From Candidatus Berkelbacteria bacterium (GTDB lineage Bacteria; Patescibacteriota; UBA1384; DTJR01), in contig JAOUGE010000006.1 of the NCBI GenBank assembly GCA_029865605.1, positions 1-61,471 of the forward strand: DNA of 61,471 nt, given 5' to 3'. A program made the translations under genes and the position numbers. Positions 43,701 to 52,500 of this stretch are shown piece by piece; position 1 is the stretch's first letter; the number at the start of each line of letters is the position of its first letter. Under the pieces are notes generated by a model, which was not told the origin of the DNA, did not search any database, and was given only the letters and a program-made list of their open reading frames with translations.

Positions 43701-46505
43701 TTTCCCAATTCCACCACCGTTAGCCACAATCATACTAGAAGCACCTGTGATGTTTATGGTAGAGGTGTCAGCGTTAAGGGTTAGGTTGGTTGTGTTTTGC
43801 ATAGCCCAACTAGTGCCAGAAGTAGCAGAAACATTTATAGTTGAATTACCTAAAGTTAAAGTTCTTGCAACAGTATAGTTAGAATATAATATACTCCAAT
43901 TATGAGTTAGTGAACCTGCCCCGCCGTCTGTTATCAGGGTCCCACCTCCTGAAAGAGTAACCTGATTACTAAAATTGCTATTATCCCCCAGAGTTACAGA
44001 ACCACCACTAGAAATAGTAAGGTTATAGAGCGTATTTCCTGCCGAGATTAAAGTCCCGGTAGCATTGATTGCCAAAGTTGAGCCGGAGTTAGCCGTCACC
44101 CTGCCTGTTGCCAAAGTGACGTTTCCCGAAACGGTCAGCGTATTACTGGCTCCGAAAGTGAGGGTGTTGGTGTAACCGGTAAGGTCTAAGGTTTTAGCCA
44201 CGCAACTCACGGTGTCAACCGTCACATTGCCGCTGACAGCATCCAAAAAGACATTATCAGTGGCTGTCGGTGCGACCCCGTTAAACCAGGTCGCCCCAGC
44301 GCTCCAGTTGCCGCCAGCAGCTACGGCGGTCTTAACAAAATTCCAACCGCTATTCCCGGATACATTAGTGCTGCGTTTTGCGTTCCAACCCGCTCCGCCG
44401 GTTGCTGTTGAATCCTGCAAGGAAACATAATCGATTGTTGCTATCCCGGATGATTTAGAGAGGGTAAAGGGACTGCCCGGTGTATATGAATTAATGGTAA
44501 TCAGATTGCCCGACGTTCCAGTAGCTGAAAAAGTGCCATTGATGGTTTGGATTGATCCCGCGGTAAAGCTGACGGTCTGGTCTATATTAGCCAGAGTAAA
44601 ATTGTTAAAAGTGTTGTCGCCTGAAATAGGATTGAAACTAAAAGATCCCGTATTAAGTGAAACATTATAATAGGTGAGTCCGCCACCAGTGAACTTGCGA
44701 GTTCCATTATAAGTTGAAAGTGTAAGATTGGATGTTTCGGCATCAAAAGTTAGGCCCGTGGTTGTGGCTATGTCCCAACCGCCATAGCCAATCATATTCC
44801 AAGTCCCGGAGCCCATCAAAATTGATCTGGTATCAGAGTAAGAGCTATATACGCCAGCGTTGCCCCCTACCGTTACGTTGTGATCATTGGCATCAAAAGT
44901 TCCATATCTAATATAGAGAGAGGAGGAAGAGGACAAGGTAAGATCATCCTGCAAAGTTAAAGTTCCGCCCACCATGTGAATGTACATGTACGCACCAGCC
45001 CCGAGCAAAGTTTTTCCTGCGCTGGTCAGTGCATAAGAACTTCTTCCCTGAAAATAGATATCATTGCTATTGCTATATGTCATTCCCGAAATAAGCGTTA
45101 CTGAACCAAAAGTGTAATATGTGGTTGAGGTTAGCGCCCATGTCGGCGTATTAGTGGCTCCCGTCCAATCTACTGTCCCTATGCGCGGCATATCAGTCGT
45201 TACTGTTTGACTGGCAGAGCTAAAAGAATTAGCGTCAAATCTAGCAGTGTCTTGCGGTAGAGGGGCTCGGCCGGTTCCGGCGCCGCCTCCGCTTGCGTTA
45301 GCCCAGTGGTTTGCGGCATCGGACCAATCACCGCCATTGCCGACCCAGTAGTTGGTCTGGGCGGAAGTAGGAGTAATGCCAGAATTGCCGCCGGCGTCAC
45401 CTATGGAAACTCCGGTAAACGGCGAGGCCGCTCCGGCGCCAGCGATATCTTGAAAATCAACATTATCTATATCCACTGCCGCGGCGGTGAAGGTGCGGGT
45501 AGCTCCAAATGTGCCTGATTTGACGAGAAGGCGGTTGGCAGCGCTGTTGCCAGTTAGGGTAAGAGTGCCGGTGATAGTTTGGCCGACGTTATGTAAAGTA
45601 AGAACGTTATTTTTTGTGGCCGTTCCTGTACGGGTGAAATTGGTATAAGTACCTGACCCTATCATAAGTATGTCCTCGCCTGACAGAACAACTGAATAGT
45701 AGGTTTTGCTACCCGGATTAAATGCATTGTATGTAACTGTTACGGTAGATGTCCCGCAATTAAGAACCCAAGATGCAACTTGATTATTATTCCACCTACC
45801 GACAGTTATGCTCGATGCCCCCAAGGTCAAGATTGCACTGGCTGAATTGGTGGGGGTAAAGGTCCCGAAACTGATTGTCTGGCCGTTAGTATTTAACTCC
45901 CCGGCTTTCAAATACAGCGTAGTTGATGTCGCGGTGTATCCGTCCTGAAGCACCCACTCCCCACCGGTTCCGTCGAAGGTTACATTACCGGGAGTATGCC
46001 CTCCCCAAGTGATATTCCAACCCGCACCCCCGTTGTTAGAAGTAGAAATAAAGGAGATGGCAGAGGTGGTGGCAGAACCCTTGGTATAGGTCCAGCTTCC
46101 GGAGAAATTGAGTGCTCCGCTTTCAGCGTCGCCGATAGAGAGAGTGATATCGGCATTGTGAGTGAGGGTTCTGGCTGCATCGTAAGCGGAAGCATCGACT
46201 GAGCCGGCTACGGCGGCGGCGTCAATGGTCACATCGCCGGAGTTGGCGTCAAAAACCACGTCATCATTGGCGGTTGGAGCAGTGGTGTCTGCCGCTCCAC
46301 CCGAGGTCGTTGACCATGTGGCATCCGCCGACCAGTTGCCGCCAGCCGTTCTAGCGTATTTGGTGATGCCAAGGGCGCGGGCAGGTTGGCGGGAGATGAA
46401 GAAAAGGGTTGCTCCAATCCCGGCGAGAACCAGGAGGGCAGCAAGTATAAGGGTCAACGGCCTGCGTCTAGTTTTTGTTCCGGACTGTTGTTTTATGGTT
46501 TTCAT
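37791..46505 (-). CDS. Giant surface protein (2904 aa) with three ~677-aa modules and an FN3-like stalk
   Basis: Uninterrupted ORF. Has an N-terminal signal anchor and a C-terminal hydrophobic tail. Thr/Gly/Ser/Asn-rich modules repeat GGNWS and MPRLGKS motifs. Y.Y.V.A.D.AGN.S motifs are typical of FN3 domains. Confidence 0.8.
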   Translation of the reverse strand: MKTIKQQSGTKTRRRPLTLILAALLVLAGIGATLFFISRQPARALGITKYARTAGGNWSADATWSTTSGGAADTTAPTANDDVVFDANSGDVTIDAAAVAGSVDASAYDAARTLTHNADITLSIGDAESGALNFSGSWTYTKGSATTSAISFISTSNNGGAGWNITWGGHTPGNVTFDGTGGEWVLQDGYTATSTTLYLKAGELNTNGQTISFGTFTPTNSASAILTLGASSITVGRWNNNQVASWVLNCGTSTVTVTYNAFNPGSKTYYSVVLSGEDILMIGSGTYTNFTRTGTATKNNVLTLHNVGQTITGTLTLTGNSAANRLLVKSGTFGATRTFTAAAVDIDNVDFQDIAGAGAASPFTGVSIGDAGGNSGITPTSAQTNYWVGNGGDWSDAANHWANASGGGAGTGRAPLPQDTARFDANSFSSASQTVTTDMPRIGTVDWTGATNTPTWALTSTTYYTFGSVTLISGMTYSNSNDIYFQGRSSYALTSAGKTLLGAGAYMYIHMVGGTLTLQDDLTLSSSSSLYIRYGTFDANDHNVTVGGNAGVYSSYSDTRSILMGSGTWNMIGYGGWDIATTTGLTFDAETSNLTLSTYNGTRKFTGGGLTYYNVSLNTGSFSFNPISGDNTFNNFTLANIDQTVSFTAGSIQTINGTFSATGTSGNLITINSYTPGSPFTLSKSSGIATIDYVSLQDSTATGGAGWNAKRSTNVSGNSGWNFVKTAVAAGGNWSAGATWFNGVAPTATDNVFLDAVSGNVTVDTVSCVAKTLDLTGYTNTLTFGASNTLTVSGNVTLATGRVTANSGSTLAINATGTLISAGNTLYNLTISSGGSVTLGDNSNFSNQVTLSGGGTLITDGGAGSLTHNWSILYSNYTVARTLTLGNSTINVSATSGTSWAMQNTTNLTLNADTSTINITGASSMIVANGGGIGKIFNIVNFTGSGTPVLNAVTSTFATLTRTGTAVKTDGFTINTNFTVTGILSLAGNSATNRLLVQSITLGTPSTIIITGATYTGTNNVDFQDITFADNKVGNTDLTNGGLNSIGDCGGNSRTLGTGNLVMTTPATQTWSGSSGGNWSANAWSGRVPLPQDDVSFNGVNFSSGQTVTADMPRLGKSISWVGATYTAPTKPTWAVTLATGNTIYGSLTLISSTTGMTLVYNQYLTFRGRGSYTLTSAGNAFNSNTTFSMVNGTLTLLDNFSSNASTSHSAGTFNANGYNVTVYSWSSGSATTLNMGSNSTWKMTTGGWNATGTVNTSTSTIWIAGTGATASPFSGGTATYNNITISPGSGITTFSGAFTFANMTMASAGTKTVKFTKSTTYTMTGSSFLNGTSGNLITIDSDDGATPFTMTKPSGAVVVDYVAKSRMAVTGGATWYSTANSTPYPDPNINGNSGWSASGSGNIRTVSAAGGNWTAAGAWNEGSAPTSSDDVFALSGSGNVTVDTTGCVAKTLTMAGYTNILTLGTNNTLTVSGGVTFVAGKVTANASSGLYINATGTLISAGNTLWNVATSVGTVTLGDGLTISGQFTHSSGTLITDGGAGSLTHSWVIFASSNSNVRTISLGNSTINLTGTGTGTWTTSNSTNLTLNAGTSTINFTGNTAGSTLMYDGGKTFNNVNFTGSGSPNLYANGSTFANLTRTGTAVKTDGFSFSTNFAVTGTLSLAGNSAINRLLVKSDTLGTARTITTTGATVTTNNVDFMDITFANGGSDLDLTNGGANSIGDCGGNSISGGGTLTMTTPVAQTWNDATGGNWSDAGNWTSRVPLPQDNVSMAVAGGYNSGVTVTADMPRLGKSIDWTGAGYTGTKPTWALNTLSAYYSYGSFTLISGMTFTVGGYYYPIYFQGRGSYTLTTAGNNFYTNLYVEMPTGTLTLQDALSVTYMLTVKNGTFNANNYNVSTAGLSSNVTTTRAITMGSGTWTITGVSSSYLWYVRTDSLTLDCGTSTIALTKTDSATSSFYGGGQIYNNITISPSATNVLTFFNAFTFANMTMASAGTKTVKFTKDTTYTMTGTNFLNGTAGNLVTIDSDDGVTQWTLLKASGMVVCDYVSMNRSNATGGATFYLTANSSGTGNTGWITDNTPPTNPTTFNGYSDSGKGTPITTDNFYNYPTPYFEWDGATDSQSGVAGYWVYFGTDDTADPLTAGTFQTGVSYTASALSTSDTYYFRLRTKDNALNLSAAQTYFTYKFDSVNPEPPSFIAASPSGYTGINSFSFSWPAATDPSPEQSGIAGYQYKRGNGVDDWSATQVERTVTGITAYQEGTNAFLVRSVDTAGNFSADVQTSYYYTTSAPAKPTSLIADPPSSSTNSFTFTWNAPSHPTNIVNYGWSVNAWPSMSNVTWTGSSSTTLTAGAYATTQGNNTFYLVARDEAGNYAFDEANVATVNFTCSTTAPPTPTGVTISDTSNRAASIWELTIKWTAGAGQDPASFDHYQVERSTNGINFQVAGTTANTVYLDSGLSSSTTYYYRIKSVDNAGNASTPSSVVSKQPTGNYTSPPVLVGMPSVSAQATTATVNWVTSRASNSFVRYSTNESDLASSTDNKGQIETVIEHSVGLSGLSSSTTYYYQVLSYDENREYSLTLAYSGVYSFTTTPAPAVSNVSVSNVKLTTADISYETSNPATTSLRYGTSVSYGSTLEEAASSKTTKHSVTLDNLTHSTVYHFKIYGTDTDSNEFSSDDYVFETLPEPRIYGISYYKDTSGPYPAIVIVWKSNVPISTSIEYRPKDGLPILEQSKSAMTQDHKATLTELKDNTEYTFYTFGRDQFGNQARSDTHTLFTDLDARAPEISDITIESSNVGEGTVDKARIVVSFKTDEPTTNQVEYGEGLGADEFPYKTTENTALSQNHVVVISDLKPSTPYTLRILVKDKAYNLTTSKSFVAVPGEPSMSVLTIMLNTLTKLFGWMIGLF
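40325..46355 (-). repeat. Three tandem intragenic modules of about 2031 nt
   Basis: GGNW(S/T) motifs fall at about aa 54, 731 and 1408. Some stretches are near-identical at the nucleotide level, for example 40503-40562 versus 42553-42612 and about 41560-41620 versus about 43600-43660. Confidence 0.75.
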
Positions 46506-46515
46506 CTTGGTTGAT

Positions 46516-49500
46516 TTACATCATCCACCCAAACACACTTCTTAAGGCGCGCAGGATGATGTTAAGAATACTTTCAGTCGCTTGGCCGGTGGCGAAGACA
46601 TATTCGGAAGAGGTGGAGGTATTGCCGCTTTTGTCCAAAGCATTGACTCTGAAGTGATAAGTTTGCATCGGGTCAAGTTCGCTGATTATTTTAACGTGCG
46701 AGGTTTTGAGGATATCTTCTTTGGATGTCTGCCGGGTGTATCCTCCCCCTAGGCCCTCGCCGTATTCAACATAGGCTTGAGCCGGCTCATCGGTTGTGAA
46801 GGAAACGATAATTTGAGCTTTGCCCGACAATAGCCCGACGGTTGAAACCTCATATTCTATTTTCTCAACCTTTGGCGGTCGGGTGTCAAAAGGAGTTTCG
46901 TAGTTTAATTTGTCTGATGTGGCGACATTGCCGAACTGGTCTTTACCCTGGGCATAGATGGTGTATTTGGCATTGTCCAAAAGATCGGCGATTTCTACGT
47001 CATGGGTTTTCTCTAACTTTGATTTGACGATCTCCTGCTCGACAGCGCCCGCTGCTTGATATTTGACAACCGTTGAGGTCTCAACATTTGTTTCAAAGGT
47101 GACTTTTGCGCTCTGGGTCGCTCTGTCTTCAAGGCGTGTAAGTTTGAAGCTGATGATTTTTGGTATCGGCAGAGTTTCAAAAGAGTAGTCGTCGGATGAA
47201 AGCTCATTCCCGTCAATGTCGGTCGCCGTGATCTCGAAATGATAGTTAGTTGAATGCTCAAGAGCGCTTAGCTTGGTGGAATGCTGGGTTGAGGAGATGC
47301 CGGAGATGTCCTCGATGTCTTTGCCGTAAGAGGATGTTTTGCCGTAATGGAGCGTTGAGGTGGCAATGGTAGTCGTTTCCCATTTGATATCGGCCGAAGT
47401 TAAGGTGATGTTTGCAACTTCGACTTTTGAGATGGAGGGCGCGTCAGGAGTGATAAAGGTGTGGGTAGTTGAATAGGCGCTCTCAAGGGCATAGTCGCGG
47501 TATAGGTCGAATGATTGGGTTTTATAGTAGTATTTCGCATTGGCCTTGAGGCCGGTCAGAGTTACCTTGTGGGATATAACCCACTCCTCCTGCCCTTTTA
47601 ATTCGCTCAAATCGTTTTCATCGGTTGAATATCTGATAAATGAGGTTGAAGTTCTTTCTGTTAGCCAAGATATTTCGGCCTCATGGGGTCGGGTTATGAC
47701 GGTTGGAGCGGTGAGCAGGGGGGGCGGGGAAGTATATTTGCCCGAGGGTTTGAGCGAAACAATGGTTGAAGCAGCAGAAGTGGAACCGGCATTGTCAACC
47801 GCTTTTACGCGGTAGTAGTAGGTAATAGCATCGCTTAAGTCGGTATTAATAAAGGAAGCGTTGGCAGTAGTGGCAAGAGTGCTGTAATCGGTCCCGTTGG
47901 TTGAACGCTCGATTAGATAGTGGTCGAAACTTGAAGGATCCTGACCGACACCAGCAAGCCAGTTTAGAGAAATTGAAAATCTTTGCAAGACTTTATCGGA
48001 GGAGTCATAGATTGAAACTGAAGTGGGAATAGGCGGTGCGGCGGTGTTGCAGGTAAATGTGTCGCTGGCATAGTATTCGGGCAGGAAGGAGCCGATGCCA
48101 GCTTCGTTGCGCGATGTTACATAAACCGTGTTTTCGCCCTGCTGGGTAGCATAGCTGTCGGGCCCGATTGAAACATGGGCGTCAGTTGAGGCGATATAGG
48201 TGGTGTTAAGGGCGGTTGGTGGCTCGTTAAAGGAAAAGTAGTAGCCAATAATCGGGCTTTCACCGGGATCTTGAGAGGGCTTGTCCCAAGAAATGGTGAA
48301 AGAGTTGGTGTCAGATGACAGGGGTGCAACATCAAGATTAACGGGCTTTGGCGGCGCCTCGCCCGACCAGTAGTAGGTGACTTGGGTGTAAGTTGTCGAA
48401 ATATTGTCGGCGGTATCAACTGTCCTGACATAGAAAGTATTGGCCCCCTCCTGATAGGCGGTGATGTCATTGGCGGCTCTATCATCAGGGCCGGCGGTAT
48501 CAGTCCAGGACCCATCGGTTGAGCGCTTGTATTGATAGTAGGCGATGCCTGATGCTCCGCCACCGCCACCAACTGGATCGGTGCCGGCTGGCCAGGTGAA
48601 GTCAAAACTATTGGTAGTGGTATAGCCGGCCGGATTGGCGGTGATGTAATCCGGTCTTGTGGGCGGGGTCGTATCAAGGGAGAAAGTGAAGAGTGTTGCG
48701 GCGGCAGGTGTGTTGTTTGAGTTGTCTTTGGTTTTGGCCCGTAGGTAGTAGGTCTTGCCGTCATCGGCCGAAGATAAGGTCGTCCCGGTCGCCCAAGTTT
48801 GGGTATCTCCCCCCGCTCCGACATGGGCTTGATAGGTTGAGGGATCGGCTCCGGAATCGGTGCCAAGATAGAGATAGTAGCCGGCAACGCCAGATTCGGT
48901 GTCTGTCGCGCCCGAGAAGGAGGTAGAAACCGCGCCGATATCATTTGTCCAGGTGCCGGTTGTCTGGGCCACGCCGCCGATAGTTAACCCTGTGGTTGTG
49001 GGGTTGGTGGGTGGGTCAACATCTTCGAGATAATAAATAGTATAGTCGGCTAAAACAGGCGTTGATTGCCCGTCGGTAGTAGTTAAGAATGAGCGAACTT
49101 GAAGATATTTATTTGCCCCTAGAGTAATTGCGGGCATTGAACCGTTAGGAACGTTGTAGGTGCCGGTTGCGATTGCTGTTCCTAGTGAGCCCCACGCCGT
49201 CCAGTCGCCGTCATTTGGTCCGCCAACTGCCGAGGAGCGGATTTGATAACTGATTGAGGTGTTGGCGGGAATGGTCACATTAGAGCTAAAGCCATTTGGC
49301 GACCCCCAGCCGCCGTTCCACAAGGTATTGATAATCCCCGACCCGCCGCCCGTTCCGGTGGGTGAAGCATAACTCGCGGTCTTAGCCTCACTCGCTAAAG
49401 AGAAAAATGTCGACGGGCTGTTTTGATTGGCGTATTCAGTCGCTATCCACTCGGGAGTGCGGACAGTAGTGGCCGATGTCACCTCATCAACCAGGCCTGT

Positions 49501-52500
49501 GAAATATGAACCGCCGTCATGTCTGCCAATTTGCGCAGTAGTTGATGTATAAAGTGAACTATCTACATCTGAACTAGCAGTTATATCCTCACCGTTGAGA
49601 TAGAGCTTGCCGCCGACGCCAGAGGTATAGGTCAAGCTAACTCTAGACCATGAATTAACCGAGATAGGCTTAGAGCCATTCCCGAAAATATTTTTCCAAG
49701 TTCCTGAACCATTTCTGTATTGGGAGTATAATCTGTTTGTAGTAGCTTCTTTTCGAAAATAAATACTGTATGGCGAAGTCCCAAAAATTACTTCTCCGTT
49801 CGTCGTACTAGGATTTATCCAAGCACTTATTGTTATCGGGGGTTGAAAGTTACCAAATGATGCAAAATTTACATACCCACTTCCACTTGCGGCCAACGAC
49901 ATGGCGCTGTTTACTTTTCCGGTCTGACCGAATGAAACAGTCCCGCTGGTTGCTCCATCATTATTATTAGAGGTAGCATCATAAACAGTTCCGCTCGCCT
50001 CATTAAGGTGCCATACTCCTTTATAGTTTGCTTCCCAAACGTTGGCTTGATCCTGCTGGCTAGCCACCCCCGCGTTGCCGTAATACATATACAAAACCGT
50101 GTCGGTAGAGGTTGATAGGTTGGTTTTAACCCAAGCGTCGAGTTCTCGGGTGCCAGAGGAAGTAGTGAACTTTTCTATCTCGTGAGATAATTTGGTCGTC
50201 CCGTTAGATGTTGTGAATAGAATATCATCTGCGTCACTCTGGGCGTTGTCAAAAACCGCGTTTGCTCCGTCGGTGATTTTAACCAGCATCGGGAAGTCGG
50301 TTAGATCAGATGCGACTTTGGTGTGATCAACGGTTATCTTCTGGCGATAGCTCCATGTTCCGCCCGCTCCCGCATACCAAGCCCCATCCGCCGTGATCGG
50401 ATAATTCTTTCCCTCGGCGGCGCCAATGTAGTTAAACGTATCCGTCTGATTCTTATACTCCGCCGCAATCCAAGGAGCGGAGCGGGCATTTGATGAAATT
50501 TTGAATTCATCGAGCTTGCCGTCGAAAGCTTCACTTGACCGGCCGATGGTTGCAGGATAACCAGCTAGATTTGGGGTTGTGGTAGGGATTGTCCCACTAT
50601 ATGATAGAGCGATTGCTGAGCCGTTTACATAAACCTTAAGTCGTGTAGCGTTATCAACTTGGGTACCGTCATATACCATACTAATGTGGAACCAACTACC
50701 AGCACTTATAGTCGTTGAGTAATCCCAATAGCCAAAAGCAGACGAACCGTTATAAATAAAAAATCCAAAACTTCCCGTTGCCCTTGGAGAAATCTGAATT
50801 AAATTACTTCCGTCAAGCTGTTTTAGAAGGATATTGTCATTTTGATCCAATACATCCTGATTCATCCAGAAAGATGTAGTAAAAGCCGAGGCGGAATTGA
50901 GCTGTGTCACATCACCAATATTTGCATTTGAATCTGTGCCGTTAAACTCTATTGCGTTTCCGATTTTACCCGTAGCCGAATAAGTGAGATTTGTCTCTGC
51001 AGTTGAGTTGTAGCTTCCCTTGGAGTCCGAAAGGTGGCCCGAAGGCTGATTCATATGGTAATTAGCGACAGTATTTGAGTCCCAGACACCTCTCTGATGC
51101 GAATAATCAGACGTTGTGCCATTACCATAATACATATATATATAGTCCGCAGAGGAAGAAAGATTGATTTGGGGAACTTTGACCCAAGCGATGGAATCAC
51201 CAGCCGGGGCTTTGGTTTCCCATTCAAACGATAATGGGGTGGTGTCGTCGGCGTCAACAAAAATGACGTCATCCATATCGGCTTGGATAAGTGTTGACCA
51301 AGCCAAAGATGAGTTGTTGGCTTTAACGACAACGGGGAAATTGACCAGATTTTCCGCTTGGTCTGCATTATTAAAAGTAATCTTGCGGCGGTACGAATAA
51401 TTATCTGAATTTTGCGGAGCACCAAAGGTGGTGAATTGGTCTGATTCAGAAAGATAACTTGCTTTGATCCAATCAGCACTGCGGGGACTTGAGGATAATT
51501 GCACTTCGTCTATTTTTCCATCAAAAGGGTTAGTTCCTCCACCAATAAATGCATCAAATGTCGCTAAATTTGGTCCAATTGCAGGTATTGTGCCGACATA
51601 TGACATTGTCTGGTTATCACCATTAATATATAATTTTAATCTCCCAGGATTGTCAGCTTGGGAGCCATCATAAACCACTGTTACGCGAGCCCAGGTTCCG
51701 GCTGTATAAACAGTTGAATAATCAAATTCGCCTCTAGACGCCGCACCGGCGGTTACAACTGGCGTTAAATTCCCAGTGCTTGTTGTCCATAGACGAAGAA
51801 TTGCACTGGTACCATTATATTTCTGAAAAATGTTATCACTTACATCTATGACATCCTGATTCATCCAACAGCTGAAAGTGAAGGCACTTGCCGAATTAAG
51901 CTCTATAATATCTGAAAGATTGGCAACTGAATCAGTACCATTTAACTCTATGGCATTGCCTATTTCACCGGTAACGGAATAAGTTAAATTTGTCTCTGCA
52001 GTTGAAGTATAATTTGTTGTCGAATCAGTCAGATGTCCGCTTGCATCCGCTAAAGAATATCTTGAAATATAATCATTTGACCAAACGCCAGCTGGATTTG
52101 TCTGATCAGCTGCGGTGGCAGAACCATAATACATATAAACATAATCAGATGAAGATGAAGCATCTATTTGGGGCACCTGCACAAAAGAAATAGACTCACC
52201 TGAAGAATCTTTTTCTTCCCATTCAAAATCAAGAAGTGTTGAATTGTCTGAATCAACAAAAATAACATCATCAAGATCAGCTTGAACCAGAGATGCCCAG
52301 TTGAGCTCATCATTGGTCGCCTTGACCATCACTGGGAAATTAGTCAGGTTTTCCGCTTGGGCCGAGTTGTCAAAAGTAATCGTTCTTCTGTATGTAAATC
52401 CGTCTAATGTTCCTTCGTCCCCGACCGAGGTGAAATTATTATCGCCTTGATTTTTATATTCAGCGGCGATCCAAGGGGCAGAACGGATGACATTGGAAAT

